Shown piece after piece: positions 32,786 through 40,776 of a stretch of 64,000 bases of DNA. Each line of letters opens with the position of its first letter. The first letter of the stretch is position 1. The stretch covers positions 903,140 through 967,139 of the forward strand of contig CAWHSG010000001.1 in NCBI GenBank assembly GCA_963831955.1, read 5' to 3'. The stretch is from an uncultured Acidobacteriota bacterium. GTDB taxonomy: Bacteria; Acidobacteriota; Terriglobia; Acidiferrales; UBA7541. The position numbers and the translations under genes were made by a program. The notes below the pieces were generated by a model that searched no databases, was not told the origin of the DNA, and saw only the letters and a program-made list of their open reading frames with translations.

Positions 32786-34735
32786 ATGGACACAATTCAC
32801 GTTACTCTGCCGGATGGGGCTACGCGCGAAGTGCCTAAGGGCACTACGCCTTTGGAGATCGCGCGGCAGATATCGCCTCGACTTGCCGACGCTGCGTTTG
32901 TGGCTCGAGTAGCCGCCCCGAATGATGGCGAGGGCGAGCTCGTGGATCTGCGGCGGCCGCTCGAAAGTGATTCGAAATTGCAAATTCTTACTGAGAAAGA
33001 TCCGGAGGCGCTCTACGTTTTCCGGCACTCGGCTGCGCATCTTCTGGCTGCTGCAGTCACTGAGCTTTTCCCCAGTGTGAAGCTGGGGATCGGGCCGCCC
33101 GTTGATAATGGCTTCTTCTACGAATTCTTGCGTGCGGAGCCTTTCACTCCTGAGGATCTCGCCAAGATTGAAGCCAAGATGCGCGAGCTGGCGGCACAGG
33201 ATTTGCCGAACGAGCGCAAATTGCTGCCAAAGCCCGAAGCCATCGAACTCTACAAAAAATCGCAGCAAAATTTTAAGTGCGAACTGGTGGAAGAAAAAGC
33301 CATCGAACCGATGGTTTCTTTTTACACCACCGGAAAATTCATCGATTTCTGCCGCGGGCCGCATATTCCTTCTACCAAGCGCATTCAGGCATTCAAGTTA
33401 ATGAATGTGGCGGGGGCCTACTGGAAAGGGCAGGAAGGGAATCCGCAGCTCCAGCGGATTTATGCCGCTTGCTTTTTCACCAAGAAAGAACTCGACGAAT
33501 ATTTGCATCGCCTGGAAGAAGCCAAGCGCCGCGATCATCGCAAACTTGGCGCCGAACTCGATCTCTTCAGCATTCAGGACCAGGCTGGGCCCGGGCTGAT
33601 TTTCTGGCATGCCAAGGGCGGGCTGATTCGCAAGATTATTGAAGACTGGCTGCGCGATGAATTGCTGGCGCGCGGTTACGATCTGGTTTTCACGCCGCAC
33701 ATCATGCTGCGGGATCTTTGGAGCACCAGCGGGCATACTAATTTTTATCGCGATAGCATGTTTGGGCCCATCGAAGTCGAGAAAGCAGATTACCAGCTCA
33801 AGCCCATGAATTGCCCGGGGCACATTTTGATTTACAAATCGAAGATGCGCAGTTATCGCGATTTGCCGGTGCGGTTGGCGGAACTTGGCACGGTTTACCG
33901 CTACGAGCGTTCCGGAGTGCTGCATGGCTTGCTGCGCGTGCGCGGATTCACTCAGGATGACGCGCACATTTTCTGCATGCCTTCGCAGATCGAAAAGGAA
34001 GTGGAAGATTGCGTGGATTTCGCTTTTGCGGTGATGAAGAAATTCGGATTTGATAGTTATGCGGTGGAGTTATCGGATTGGGATCCGATGCATCCGGACA
34101 ATTATGCCGGCAAGCCGGAAGATTGGCATCGCGCCACCAACGCGCTTAAGACTACGCTTGACCGTCTGAAGATTCCTTTCAAGCGCATTGAGGGCGAGGC
34201 TGCTTTTTATGGGCCGAAGATCGATATTAAATTGATCGATGCTATCGGGCGGCCGTGGCAGCTCACTACCGTGCAATTCGATTTCAATTTGCCGGCGCGA
34301 TTTGAGTTGGAATTTGTGGGCGAAGATGGCGGGCGGCATCAGCCTTTGATGGTGCATCGGGCGCTTTTGGGCAGCGTCGAGCGATTTTTTGGGATGTTGA
34401 TCGAGCATTATGCTGGGGCGTTCCCGGTCTGGCTCGCGCCCGTGCAGGTTTCCGTGTTGCCGCTGAGCGAAAAAATCGCTGATTACGCGAAGCTGGTGAC
34501 CGAGAAGCTGAAGGCCGCAGGCTTCCGCGTCCATCTCGATGAGCGCAACGAAAAGCTACAAGCCAAAATCCGCGACGCCCAAATGGAAAAAATCCCTTAC
34601 ATGCTGGTCCTAGGCGCCAAAGAAGCCGAGGCCGGCACCGCGTCCGTGCGCCACCGCACTAAGGGCGATCAAGGCGCGATCCCGCTAGATCAATTCATAA
34701 CCAACCTCCGTAGCGAAATCGCGCCGAACTCGTAG
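32786..34735 (+). CDS. thrS: threonine--tRNA ligase
   Basis: TGS-like N-terminus, HSAAHLLA editing motif, class II core (NCPGHILIYK, FTQDDAHIF, RPLMVHRAL) and an anticodon-binding C-terminus. Confidence 0.95.
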   Translation: MDTIHVTLPDGATREVPKGTTPLEIARQISPRLADAAFVARVAAPNDGEGELVDLRRPLESDSKLQILTEKDPEALYVFRHSAAHLLAAAVTELFPSVKLGIGPPVDNGFFYEFLRAEPFTPEDLAKIEAKMRELAAQDLPNERKLLPKPEAIELYKKSQQNFKCELVEEKAIEPMVSFYTTGKFIDFCRGPHIPSTKRIQAFKLMNVAGAYWKGQEGNPQLQRIYAACFFTKKELDEYLHRLEEAKRRDHRKLGAELDLFSIQDQAGPGLIFWHAKGGLIRKIIEDWLRDELLARGYDLVFTPHIMLRDLWSTSGHTNFYRDSMFGPIEVEKADYQLKPMNCPGHILIYKSKMRSYRDLPVRLAELGTVYRYERSGVLHGLLRVRGFTQDDAHIFCMPSQIEKEVEDCVDFAFAVMKKFGFDSYAVELSDWDPMHPDNYAGKPEDWHRATNALKTTLDRLKIPFKRIEGEAAFYGPKIDIKLIDAIGRPWQLTTVQFDFNLPARFELEFVGEDGGRHQPLMVHRALLGSVERFFGMLIEHYAGAFPVWLAPVQVSVLPLSEKIADYAKLVTEKLKAAGFRVHLDERNEKLQAKIRDAQMEKIPYMLVLGAKEAEAGTASVRHRTKGDQGAIPLDQFITNLRSEIAPNS

Positions 34736-34864
34736 CCGAACGTCTTTAGACCCTACCGAGTTTGGGCGCCGCTTGCTTCGTAATGATTCAGCTTCCGATA
34801 GTCCGGCTACCCGCCCACCAGCACCTTCGATGAGTTAGAATCTCCGCACGACTGGACTCCGAAA

Positions 34865-35494
34865 ATGGCTTCCGACGCTTGGTATCGAAACAAGGAATGG
34901 AATTCAGAAATTGAGGCCAAGTTCCTCGAAAAGTTGGGCCGCGCGCGAGACAAGTTGCAACCTCTTCGGATACAAGCTGGTTACCTGGCGCAAGATCATC
35001 CGAATGCAGCCTTGGGTTTGCTCGATAGATACTTTGCGATGGGTGAGCACTTCGACCTCGCCCAGGCATTTGTTGACCAGGCCGAAGCCTATGTTGCTCT
35101 CGGTCGAATTGATGACGGACTTCGGTCGCTCGAAAAGGCTCTCGCCCGGGAGCGCCAGTTTCCAAACCTCAAGACCAGCGCCTGGAGTAAGTTTGCGATG
35201 ATGGTAGCGACGCGGAACCTTGAGTCACATTTTGAGGAGGCGCTCCAAATCCTCGACGCAAATCTGTCGGGACTCATGTTTCCGCTGGACAAGTTTGAGT
35301 GGCACGCGTCGAAAGCACTGATCTTGGCAGCTATCGGCGACTATACCGCAGCAAAGAACCATGCAATTGGAGCTTTAAACGCCGCCAAGACAAGGCATTC
35401 CGGCTATCGATATCATCCGCAAGTCGGACTGGTTGGGCACGCATACGAAACGCTTCGAGAGCAGCTACTTATGTTGTCGGGCTCTCAGCGCTGA
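34865..35494 (+). CDS. hypothetical helical-repeat (TPR-like) protein inserted between thrS and infC
   Basis: 209-aa ORF with an ATG start. No recognised family. It appears somewhat less GC-rich than its neighbours (not computed). Confidence 0.5.
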   Translation: MASDAWYRNKEWNSEIEAKFLEKLGRARDKLQPLRIQAGYLAQDHPNAALGLLDRYFAMGEHFDLAQAFVDQAEAYVALGRIDDGLRSLEKALARERQFPNLKTSAWSKFAMMVATRNLESHFEEALQILDANLSGLMFPLDKFEWHASKALILAAIGDYTAAKNHAIGALNAAKTRHSGYRYHPQVGLVGHAYETLREQLLMLSGSQR

Positions 35495-35682
35495 CCTCAA
35501 TATTAGTTCGAGGATCTCTCCCCTAAAGCCCACCCCCAGCGCTAATCGGAAACACGAACTAGTCAGCGCAGAACTCACATTTCGGCGTAGCATTGCGGCG
35601 TGCTATACTTTTTGGCCCGTGCCCCTCGCGGAGTTGACTGAGGACACGGTATTATTGCGGGACGAGTTCTGGAGGTGGGTTT

Positions 35683-36246
35683 ATCGCTGAACGTGGAGCT
35701 AGCAGTACCAGCGGTTTGCGGGTGAATGAGCGAATCCGGGCGCGGGAAGTCCGGGTGGTGGACGAAGCGGGCAATCAGCTCGGAGTGATGTCGCTCTTCG
35801 ATGCCATGAAGGCGGCGCGCGAGGCGGGGCTGGACGTTGTGGAAATCTCACCGACGGCCGTTCCGCCGGTCTGCAAGCTCGTGGACTATGGGAAATTCCT
35901 CTACGAGCAAAATAAAAAAGCGCACGAGCAAAAGAAGCATCAGAAATCCGCGCACATCAAGGAAGTGAAATTCCGGCCTGCGACGGCCGAGCATGACTAC
36001 CAGGTGCGCAAGAATCAAATCATCCGGTTTCTAGGCGAGGGCCATAAGGTGAAGGCCATGATTTTTCACCGTGGCCGGGAAATGGCTCATCAGGATGTGG
36101 GGCGCGCGAAGATGACGCGTCTGCTGAAAGATATTGGCGAGCACGCGCAGGTGGAATTCGGGCCGCGCATGGAAGCGAATATCCTGCTGGCGTTGCTAGC
36201 CCCGAAAAAGGGCGCGACGGCGGCCAAGACGGCAGGCCAGGCATGA
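35683..36246 (+). CDS. infC: translation initiation factor IF-3 (probable non-canonical AUC start)
   Basis: VNERIRAREVRVVDEAGNQLGVM...KEVKFRP...D. GGAGGTG at 35671..35677 sits 5 nt before the in-frame ATC at 35683. The first canonical start is TTG at 35716. Confidence 0.85.
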   Translation: MAERGASSTSGLRVNERIRAREVRVVDEAGNQLGVMSLFDAMKAAREAGLDVVEISPTAVPPVCKLVDYGKFLYEQNKKAHEQKKHQKSAHIKEVKFRPATAEHDYQVRKNQIIRFLGEGHKVKAMIFHRGREMAHQDVGRAKMTRLLKDIGEHAQVEFGPRMEANILLALLAPKKGATAAKTAGQA

Positions 36247-36251
36247 TGTAG

Positions 36252-36278
36252 CTCGGGTCTTCAGACCCGAGGTTTTTC
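36252..36278 (+). terminator. REP-like GTAG-headed hairpin with T-run between infC and rpmI (terminator/attenuator candidate)
   Basis: GTAG CTCGGGTC-TTCA-GACCCGAG GTTTTT. Confidence 0.55.
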
Positions 36279-36317
36279 GCTGTATTGTGAAATTGAGATA
36301 AGGCAACAGGTGCTGAA

Positions 36318-36536
36318 TTGTCAAAAGCAAAACCAAAAGTTCGCAAACTAAAAACGCATCGCGGCGCTGCGAAGCGCTTTCGAGTGACGAAGAACGGCAA
36401 GATCATGCGCCCGCACGCATTCAAGCGCCACTTGCTGGGCACAAAAAAGCCCAAGCGCATGCGCCATCTTCGCCGCTCGGTGCAAGTGGATCCGGCTGAC
36501 GCGCCGAAAATCCGGCGCATGTTGCCGTACGCATAA
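36318..36536 (+). CDS. rpmI: 50S ribosomal protein L35
   Basis: KLKTHRGAAKRFRVTKNGKIMRPHAFKRHLL. TTG start. Confidence 0.9.
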   Translation: MSKAKPKVRKLKTHRGAAKRFRVTKNGKIMRPHAFKRHLLGTKKPKRMRHLRRSVQVDPADAPKIRRMLPYA

Positions 36537-36804
36537 AGATTTGTTTCTCGGTTGTAATTTCCGCGCCAGGCAGCGCGCATTCCCGCCACGGCGGGCCTGC
36601 CGGCCGGATGTTCTGATCCGCTGATTGGATCGGAGCACAGTGCCGCTTCAAGTAGCACGAATTAGAAGCGGCCACCAAAACTCGCCGTGGAGTTGACTCG
36701 TGCGTTTTTGCGGGGTGCGCGCTTTTGCGGGCGTGGTCTGCTTTTCGCGCGAGGCTCTCCACGTCTGAAATTTTCCGGAATCATTCAAACGAGGAGAGTT
36801 AAAA

Positions 36805-37185
36805 ATGTCTCGAGTCAAACGCGGAACCAAACGCCGCGCCAAGCGCAAGAAACTGTTACGCCACGCCAAGGGTTTTTTCCTAACCAAGAGCAAGCTCTAC
36901 CGGTCAGCACGCGAAGCGGTGAACCGCTCGCTGCGCTTTTCCTATCGCGACCGGCGGAATCGCAAGCGCGACTACCGCACGCTTTGGATTCAGCGCATCG
37001 GAGCTGCTGCACGCAATAACGGCCTCTCTTACAGCCAATTGATCCACGGGCTAAAAGTAGGCGGCATCGATCTGGATCGAAAGATCCTGGCGGACATGGC
37101 GGTGAACGACGCGACAGGCTTCACGTCGCTGGTGGAATCAGCCAAGTCTCACATCGCCGCCGCTGCGAAACCAGCAAAGTCGTAA
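36805..37185 (+). CDS. rplT: 50S ribosomal protein L20
   Basis: [25 protein letters not shown]...[28 protein letters not shown]. Confidence 0.95.
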   Translation: MSRVKRGTKRRAKRKKLLRHAKGFFLTKSKLYRSAREAVNRSLRFSYRDRRNRKRDYRTLWIQRIGAAARNNGLSYSQLIHGLKVGGIDLDRKILADMAVNDATGFTSLVESAKSHIAAAAKPAKS

Positions 37186-37342
37186 AAGTTTCGTACCGCT
37201 GGCTTGTCCTGAGAAGTTTCGAAGGGCGTCCCTGCCGACTCTTTTCGGCCCTTTAGCGATTGGCTGGACCGTGCAAACTGAACCGAGCTTTGCAGGGACG
37301 CCGGAGGCCGCGTGAACGTTGCGGCCTTAGCTGACATTGCGG

Positions 37343-37374
37343 TCGTAAGATGCCGGCAGGGACGCCGGCGCTAC
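37343..37374 (-). repeat. REP-like palindrome family A
   Basis: TCGTAAGATGCCGGCAGGGACGCCGGCGCTAC, located between rplT and pheS. Confidence 0.8.
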
Positions 37375-37406
37375 TTGATTCACAGCTCCGTCTCTCATTT
37401 ATCACC

Positions 37407-38489
37407 ATGAACGCTCTGGAAAAAACCGCTCAACGATTCGAGCAGCTCGGCGTGTCTTCGCCCGACGAGATCGCAGCGTTACTTGCCGAATTGCGCTCGG
37501 GCGCCGCGGCTGAGGCTGGGCAAATTCGCGGCGCTGATTCTCTTGAAGCTTTTCGCGTGAAATGGCTGGGGCGGCGCGATGGGATTTGCTCGCGCATTTC
37601 GGAAAATTGGCTGAAGGCTGCGCCGGCTGAATATAAGAAATCGATCGGCGCCGGCTTGAACGAGCTTCGCGCTTCGCTTGACGCCGCGATTGAATCCGCG
37701 AAATCATCCGGGGCTGACGTGGCTAGCGGTCCTCCGATCGATCTCTCTTTGCCTGGCGTCGAGCGGCCCGTCGGCACGCATCATCTGATCCGCCAGACCT
37801 ACGAAGAAGTTGAGCGGATTTTCATGTCCATCGGCTTCAGCGTTGTGGAAGGGCCGGAGATCGAGACGCCTTACTACAATTTTGAGGCGCTTAACATTCC
37901 GGAATTTCATCCGGCGCGCGACAACATGGATACCTTCTACATCGAAGGTTCCGGCGGGCATCTGCTGCGCACGCATACTTCGCCGATGCAAATCCGTACC
38001 ATGGAGAAGCAGGCGCCTCCGGTGCGCATTGTGGTGCCGGGGAAGGTTTATCGCCGCGATAATCCTGACGCTACTCACGGCTACATGTTCCATCAGATCG
38101 AGGGCCTCGCGGTGGATAACGACATTACCTTCTGCGATTTTCGCGGGACGGTGGAACATTTCGTGCGTGAATTTCTGGGCGCGAAAGTGAAGACGCGCTT
38201 GCGGCCTAGTTATTTTCCATTTACGGAGCCATCGGCCGAGGTGGATGCCTCGTGCCACGTTTGCGGCGGCGAAGGCTGCCGCACTTGTAAATTTTCCGGC
38301 TGGATCGAAATGTTTGGCGCCGGGATGGTGAATCCGGCTGTGTATGGATTTGTGAATTACGATGCGAAGCGGCTTTCGGGATTTGCTTTCGGCATGGGCG
38401 TGGACCGGCTGGCGATGATGCGTTACGGGATTACGGATTTGCAGGTGCTGTTTCAGAATGATGTGCGCTTCCTGCGCCAGTTTCCCTAG
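37407..38489 (+). CDS. pheS: phenylalanine--tRNA ligase alpha subunit
   Basis: LLRTHTSPMQIR, FRGTVEHF and SYFPFTEPSAEVD, ending GFAFGMGVDRLAMMRYGI. The start is moved to ATG 37407 because the upstream extension is REP sequence. Confidence 0.9.
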   Translation: MNALEKTAQRFEQLGVSSPDEIAALLAELRSGAAAEAGQIRGADSLEAFRVKWLGRRDGICSRISENWLKAAPAEYKKSIGAGLNELRASLDAAIESAKSSGADVASGPPIDLSLPGVERPVGTHHLIRQTYEEVERIFMSIGFSVVEGPEIETPYYNFEALNIPEFHPARDNMDTFYIEGSGGHLLRTHTSPMQIRTMEKQAPPVRIVVPGKVYRRDNPDATHGYMFHQIEGLAVDNDITFCDFRGTVEHFVREFLGAKVKTRLRPSYFPFTEPSAEVDASCHVCGGEGCRTCKFSGWIEMFGAGMVNPAVYGFVNYDAKRLSGFAFGMGVDRLAMMRYGITDLQVLFQNDVRFLRQFP

Positions 38490-38501
38490 CGCTGCTTAAA
38501 A

Positions 38502-40589
38502 ATGAAAGTGCTCTTTAATTGGCTCAAAGAATTCGTCGAGCTTGCGGCGACGCCGGCCGATTTGCGCGCGCGGCTTTCCACTTCGGGGACGGCAGTGGAT
38601 GCCATCGAAGAATCCGCGGCCGGGCCGATGCTGGATGCCGAGCTAACTGCGAATCGGCCGGATTGCCTGGGGCACTACGGGATCGCGCGCGAAGCCGCCA
38701 CGCTTTACCGGCTTGCGCTAAAGCCGGTGCAGCCGAAATTCACAGCATCCGCGGCGCCGGTGTCGCAGGCCACAAGCGTCGTCATCGAAACACCGGAACT
38801 TTGCTCGCGGTTTACGGCTCGCGTGTTTCGCGGCGTAAAAGTGCAGCCCTCGCCAGACTGGCTGCGGCAGCGTCTCGAAGCGCTGGGGCACGCGTCGATC
38901 AACAATGTGGTGGATATTACGAATTACGTGCAGCTCGAGTTGGGCCAGCCGCTGCATGCTTTCGATCTTGATAAAGTCGCGGAGCATCGCCTGATCGTGC
39001 GGCGGGCGCGGGCCGGCGAAAAACTGCGCACGCTGGATGGCGTCGAGCGGACGCTCCCCGCCGGGACTTGTGTGGTGGCGGATTCTTCACGGGCGATTTC
39101 GATTGCCGGAATTATGGGCGGGGCTGATACCGAAATTGGTTTTGCGACACGCAATGTGTTGCTCGAAGCCGCGTGGTGGGACCCGATTTCAACCCGCCGC
39201 GCGTCGAAGGCGCTGAATTTGCGCACCGAAGCTTCGATGCGTTTCGAGCGCGGGGCCGATCTCGAGATGCCAGAGCTTGCTTCGCGACGCGCGGCGGAAT
39301 TGACGCTGCAACTCGCCGGCGGCGAAGTGCTTGGCGGGGTGGTGGACGTTTATCCGGGTAAAGAGCCGCCGCGCAAACTGGAACTGACTCGGAAGGAAAT
39401 TTTGCGCGTGATGGGTGCGGACATTCCCGATCGCGATATCGAGGAGATTCTCGGCGCGCTCGGCTTTGCGCCTGTACGCGTGGACGCGAATCGCGGCAGC
39501 GCGGGCTCGATTGCGGCATCTTGGGAATGCCGCCAGCCGTCGTGGCGCCGCGATGTTACGCGAGAGATTGATTTGATCGAAGAAGTGGCACGCATCTACG
39601 GCTACGATAAATTTCCGCCGCGCATTCCGCCATCGAAGCGCGCCGCTCTGCGCCAGCCGCGCGCGCAGGCTGAGGACGCCGTGCGAGAGCGGCTCGTCGG
39701 GCTTGGCTACCACGAAATTGTGACTATTCCGCTGGTGGATAAGGATCAAGACGCGCTTTTTCGCGACGCGAAGATTGCGCCCGCGATCATTACCAATCCG
39801 CTTTCGGAAGAAGCTTCGGCTATGCGGAGCTCTGGCGCGGTGAATATGCTCGCGACGCTTGAGTGGAATTTGAATCGCGGGCAGCGGAATCTGCGGCTGT
39901 TTGAAATTGGGCGCACTTATGCGCTGGAAGCGGGCAAGCCTGTGGAGACGCGCATATTGACGCTGGGCGCGACGGGCTTGGCGCGCGAGAAAACGATTCA
40001 CGACGACGCGCGCGAGTTCGAGTTCGCCGACTTGAAAGGGGACCTGGATCGCGTTGGCGAGCTCGCAGGCAGCTTCGAATGGAAAGCGGGTGCGCCGGCG
40101 TGGCTGGCACCGAGCGCTGCGGCGTTGATCGCCGCATCGAATCGGGGCGTTGGGCTGCTGGGCGTCGCCGGAAAGATTGGCCGCAAGGCTGCCGAGACAT
40201 TCAAGCTGCGGCAGGATATTTTTTATGCGGAGTTGAAGTTGGATCCGCTGCTGGAGGCTGTTGACGCGGCGCGCGTGGCTCGCCGCTTCGAGCCATTGCC
40301 GCGTTTCCCCGCGGTCGAGCGCGATTTTTCGTTGCTGCTGAATGAGGGCACGAGTTTCGCGCAGGTGGCGGAGACGATTCGCGGGTTGAAGATACCTGAG
40401 TTGCAGAAAGTGGAAGCCGGGGATCTGTTCCGCGGCAAGAATGTTCCTGCGGGAAAATTCTCGCTGCTCGTGCGCGTGACGTTTCAGAGTAGCCAGACTA
40501 CGTTGACCGACGCGCAACTTACCGATTTTTCTGCTCGGATCGTGGGCGCTCTGGAAAAGTCGCTAAGGGCAGTACTTCGGGCAAGCTAA
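38502..40589 (+). CDS. pheT: phenylalanine--tRNA ligase beta subunit
   Basis: MKVLFNWLKEFV..., a B3/4 domain, B5 (RRDVTREIDLIEEVARIYGYD) and an FDX-ACB C-terminus. It follows pheS by 12 nt. Confidence 0.9.
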   Translation: MKVLFNWLKEFVELAATPADLRARLSTSGTAVDAIEESAAGPMLDAELTANRPDCLGHYGIAREAATLYRLALKPVQPKFTASAAPVSQATSVVIETPELCSRFTARVFRGVKVQPSPDWLRQRLEALGHASINNVVDITNYVQLELGQPLHAFDLDKVAEHRLIVRRARAGEKLRTLDGVERTLPAGTCVVADSSRAISIAGIMGGADTEIGFATRNVLLEAAWWDPISTRRASKALNLRTEASMRFERGADLEMPELASRRAAELTLQLAGGEVLGGVVDVYPGKEPPRKLELTRKEILRVMGADIPDRDIEEILGALGFAPVRVDANRGSAGSIAASWECRQPSWRRDVTREIDLIEEVARIYGYDKFPPRIPPSKRAALRQPRAQAEDAVRERLVGLGYHEIVTIPLVDKDQDALFRDAKIAPAIITNPLSEEASAMRSSGAVNMLATLEWNLNRGQRNLRLFEIGRTYALEAGKPVETRILTLGATGLAREKTIHDDAREFEFADLKGDLDRVGELAGSFEWKAGAPAWLAPSAAALIAASNRGVGLLGVAGKIGRKAAETFKLRQDIFYAELKLDPLLEAVDAARVARRFEPLPRFPAVERDFSLLLNEGTSFAQVAETIRGLKIPELQKVEAGDLFRGKNVPAGKFSLLVRVTFQSSQTTLTDAQLTDFSARIVGALEKSLRAVLRAS

Positions 40590-40590
40590 A

Positions 40591-40622
40591 GTGGCGCCGG
40601 CGTCCCTGCCGGCATCTTACGA
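40591..40622 (+). repeat. REP-like palindrome family A (GTGG head variant)
   Basis: GTGGCGCCGGCGTCCCTGCCGGCATCTTACGA, 1 nt after the pheT stop. Inverted partner at 40700..40731. Confidence 0.8.
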
Positions 40623-40699
40623 CCTCGATTAACCCTACATCTTGAAAATGCCGGCGGACTGAGACCGTGCGTGATCGTTGCCTTGGCTGTGATTTGCGC

Positions 40700-40731
40700 T
40701 CGTAAGATGCCGGCAGGGACGCCGGCGCTAC
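40700..40731 (-). repeat. REP-like palindrome family A
   Basis: TCGTAAGATGCCGGCAGGGACGCCGGCGCTAC. Confidence 0.8.
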
Positions 40732-40776
40732 TTGACCGCGCTCCGCTCGAAATCGCCCGGAAAGTCTGACCAAATT

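Noticed and set aside
37350-37406. N-terminal extensions proposed by the ORF track: pheS from 37350, 5461 for the second TonB_C gene, gyrB from 46868, dnaA from 50056, dnaN from 48399 and the ABC ATPase from 10886.
   Set aside because: The extensions translate REP repeats or upstream non-coding DNA (for example MPAGTPALL), lack an RBS, and precede internal ATGs that restore canonical N-termini.
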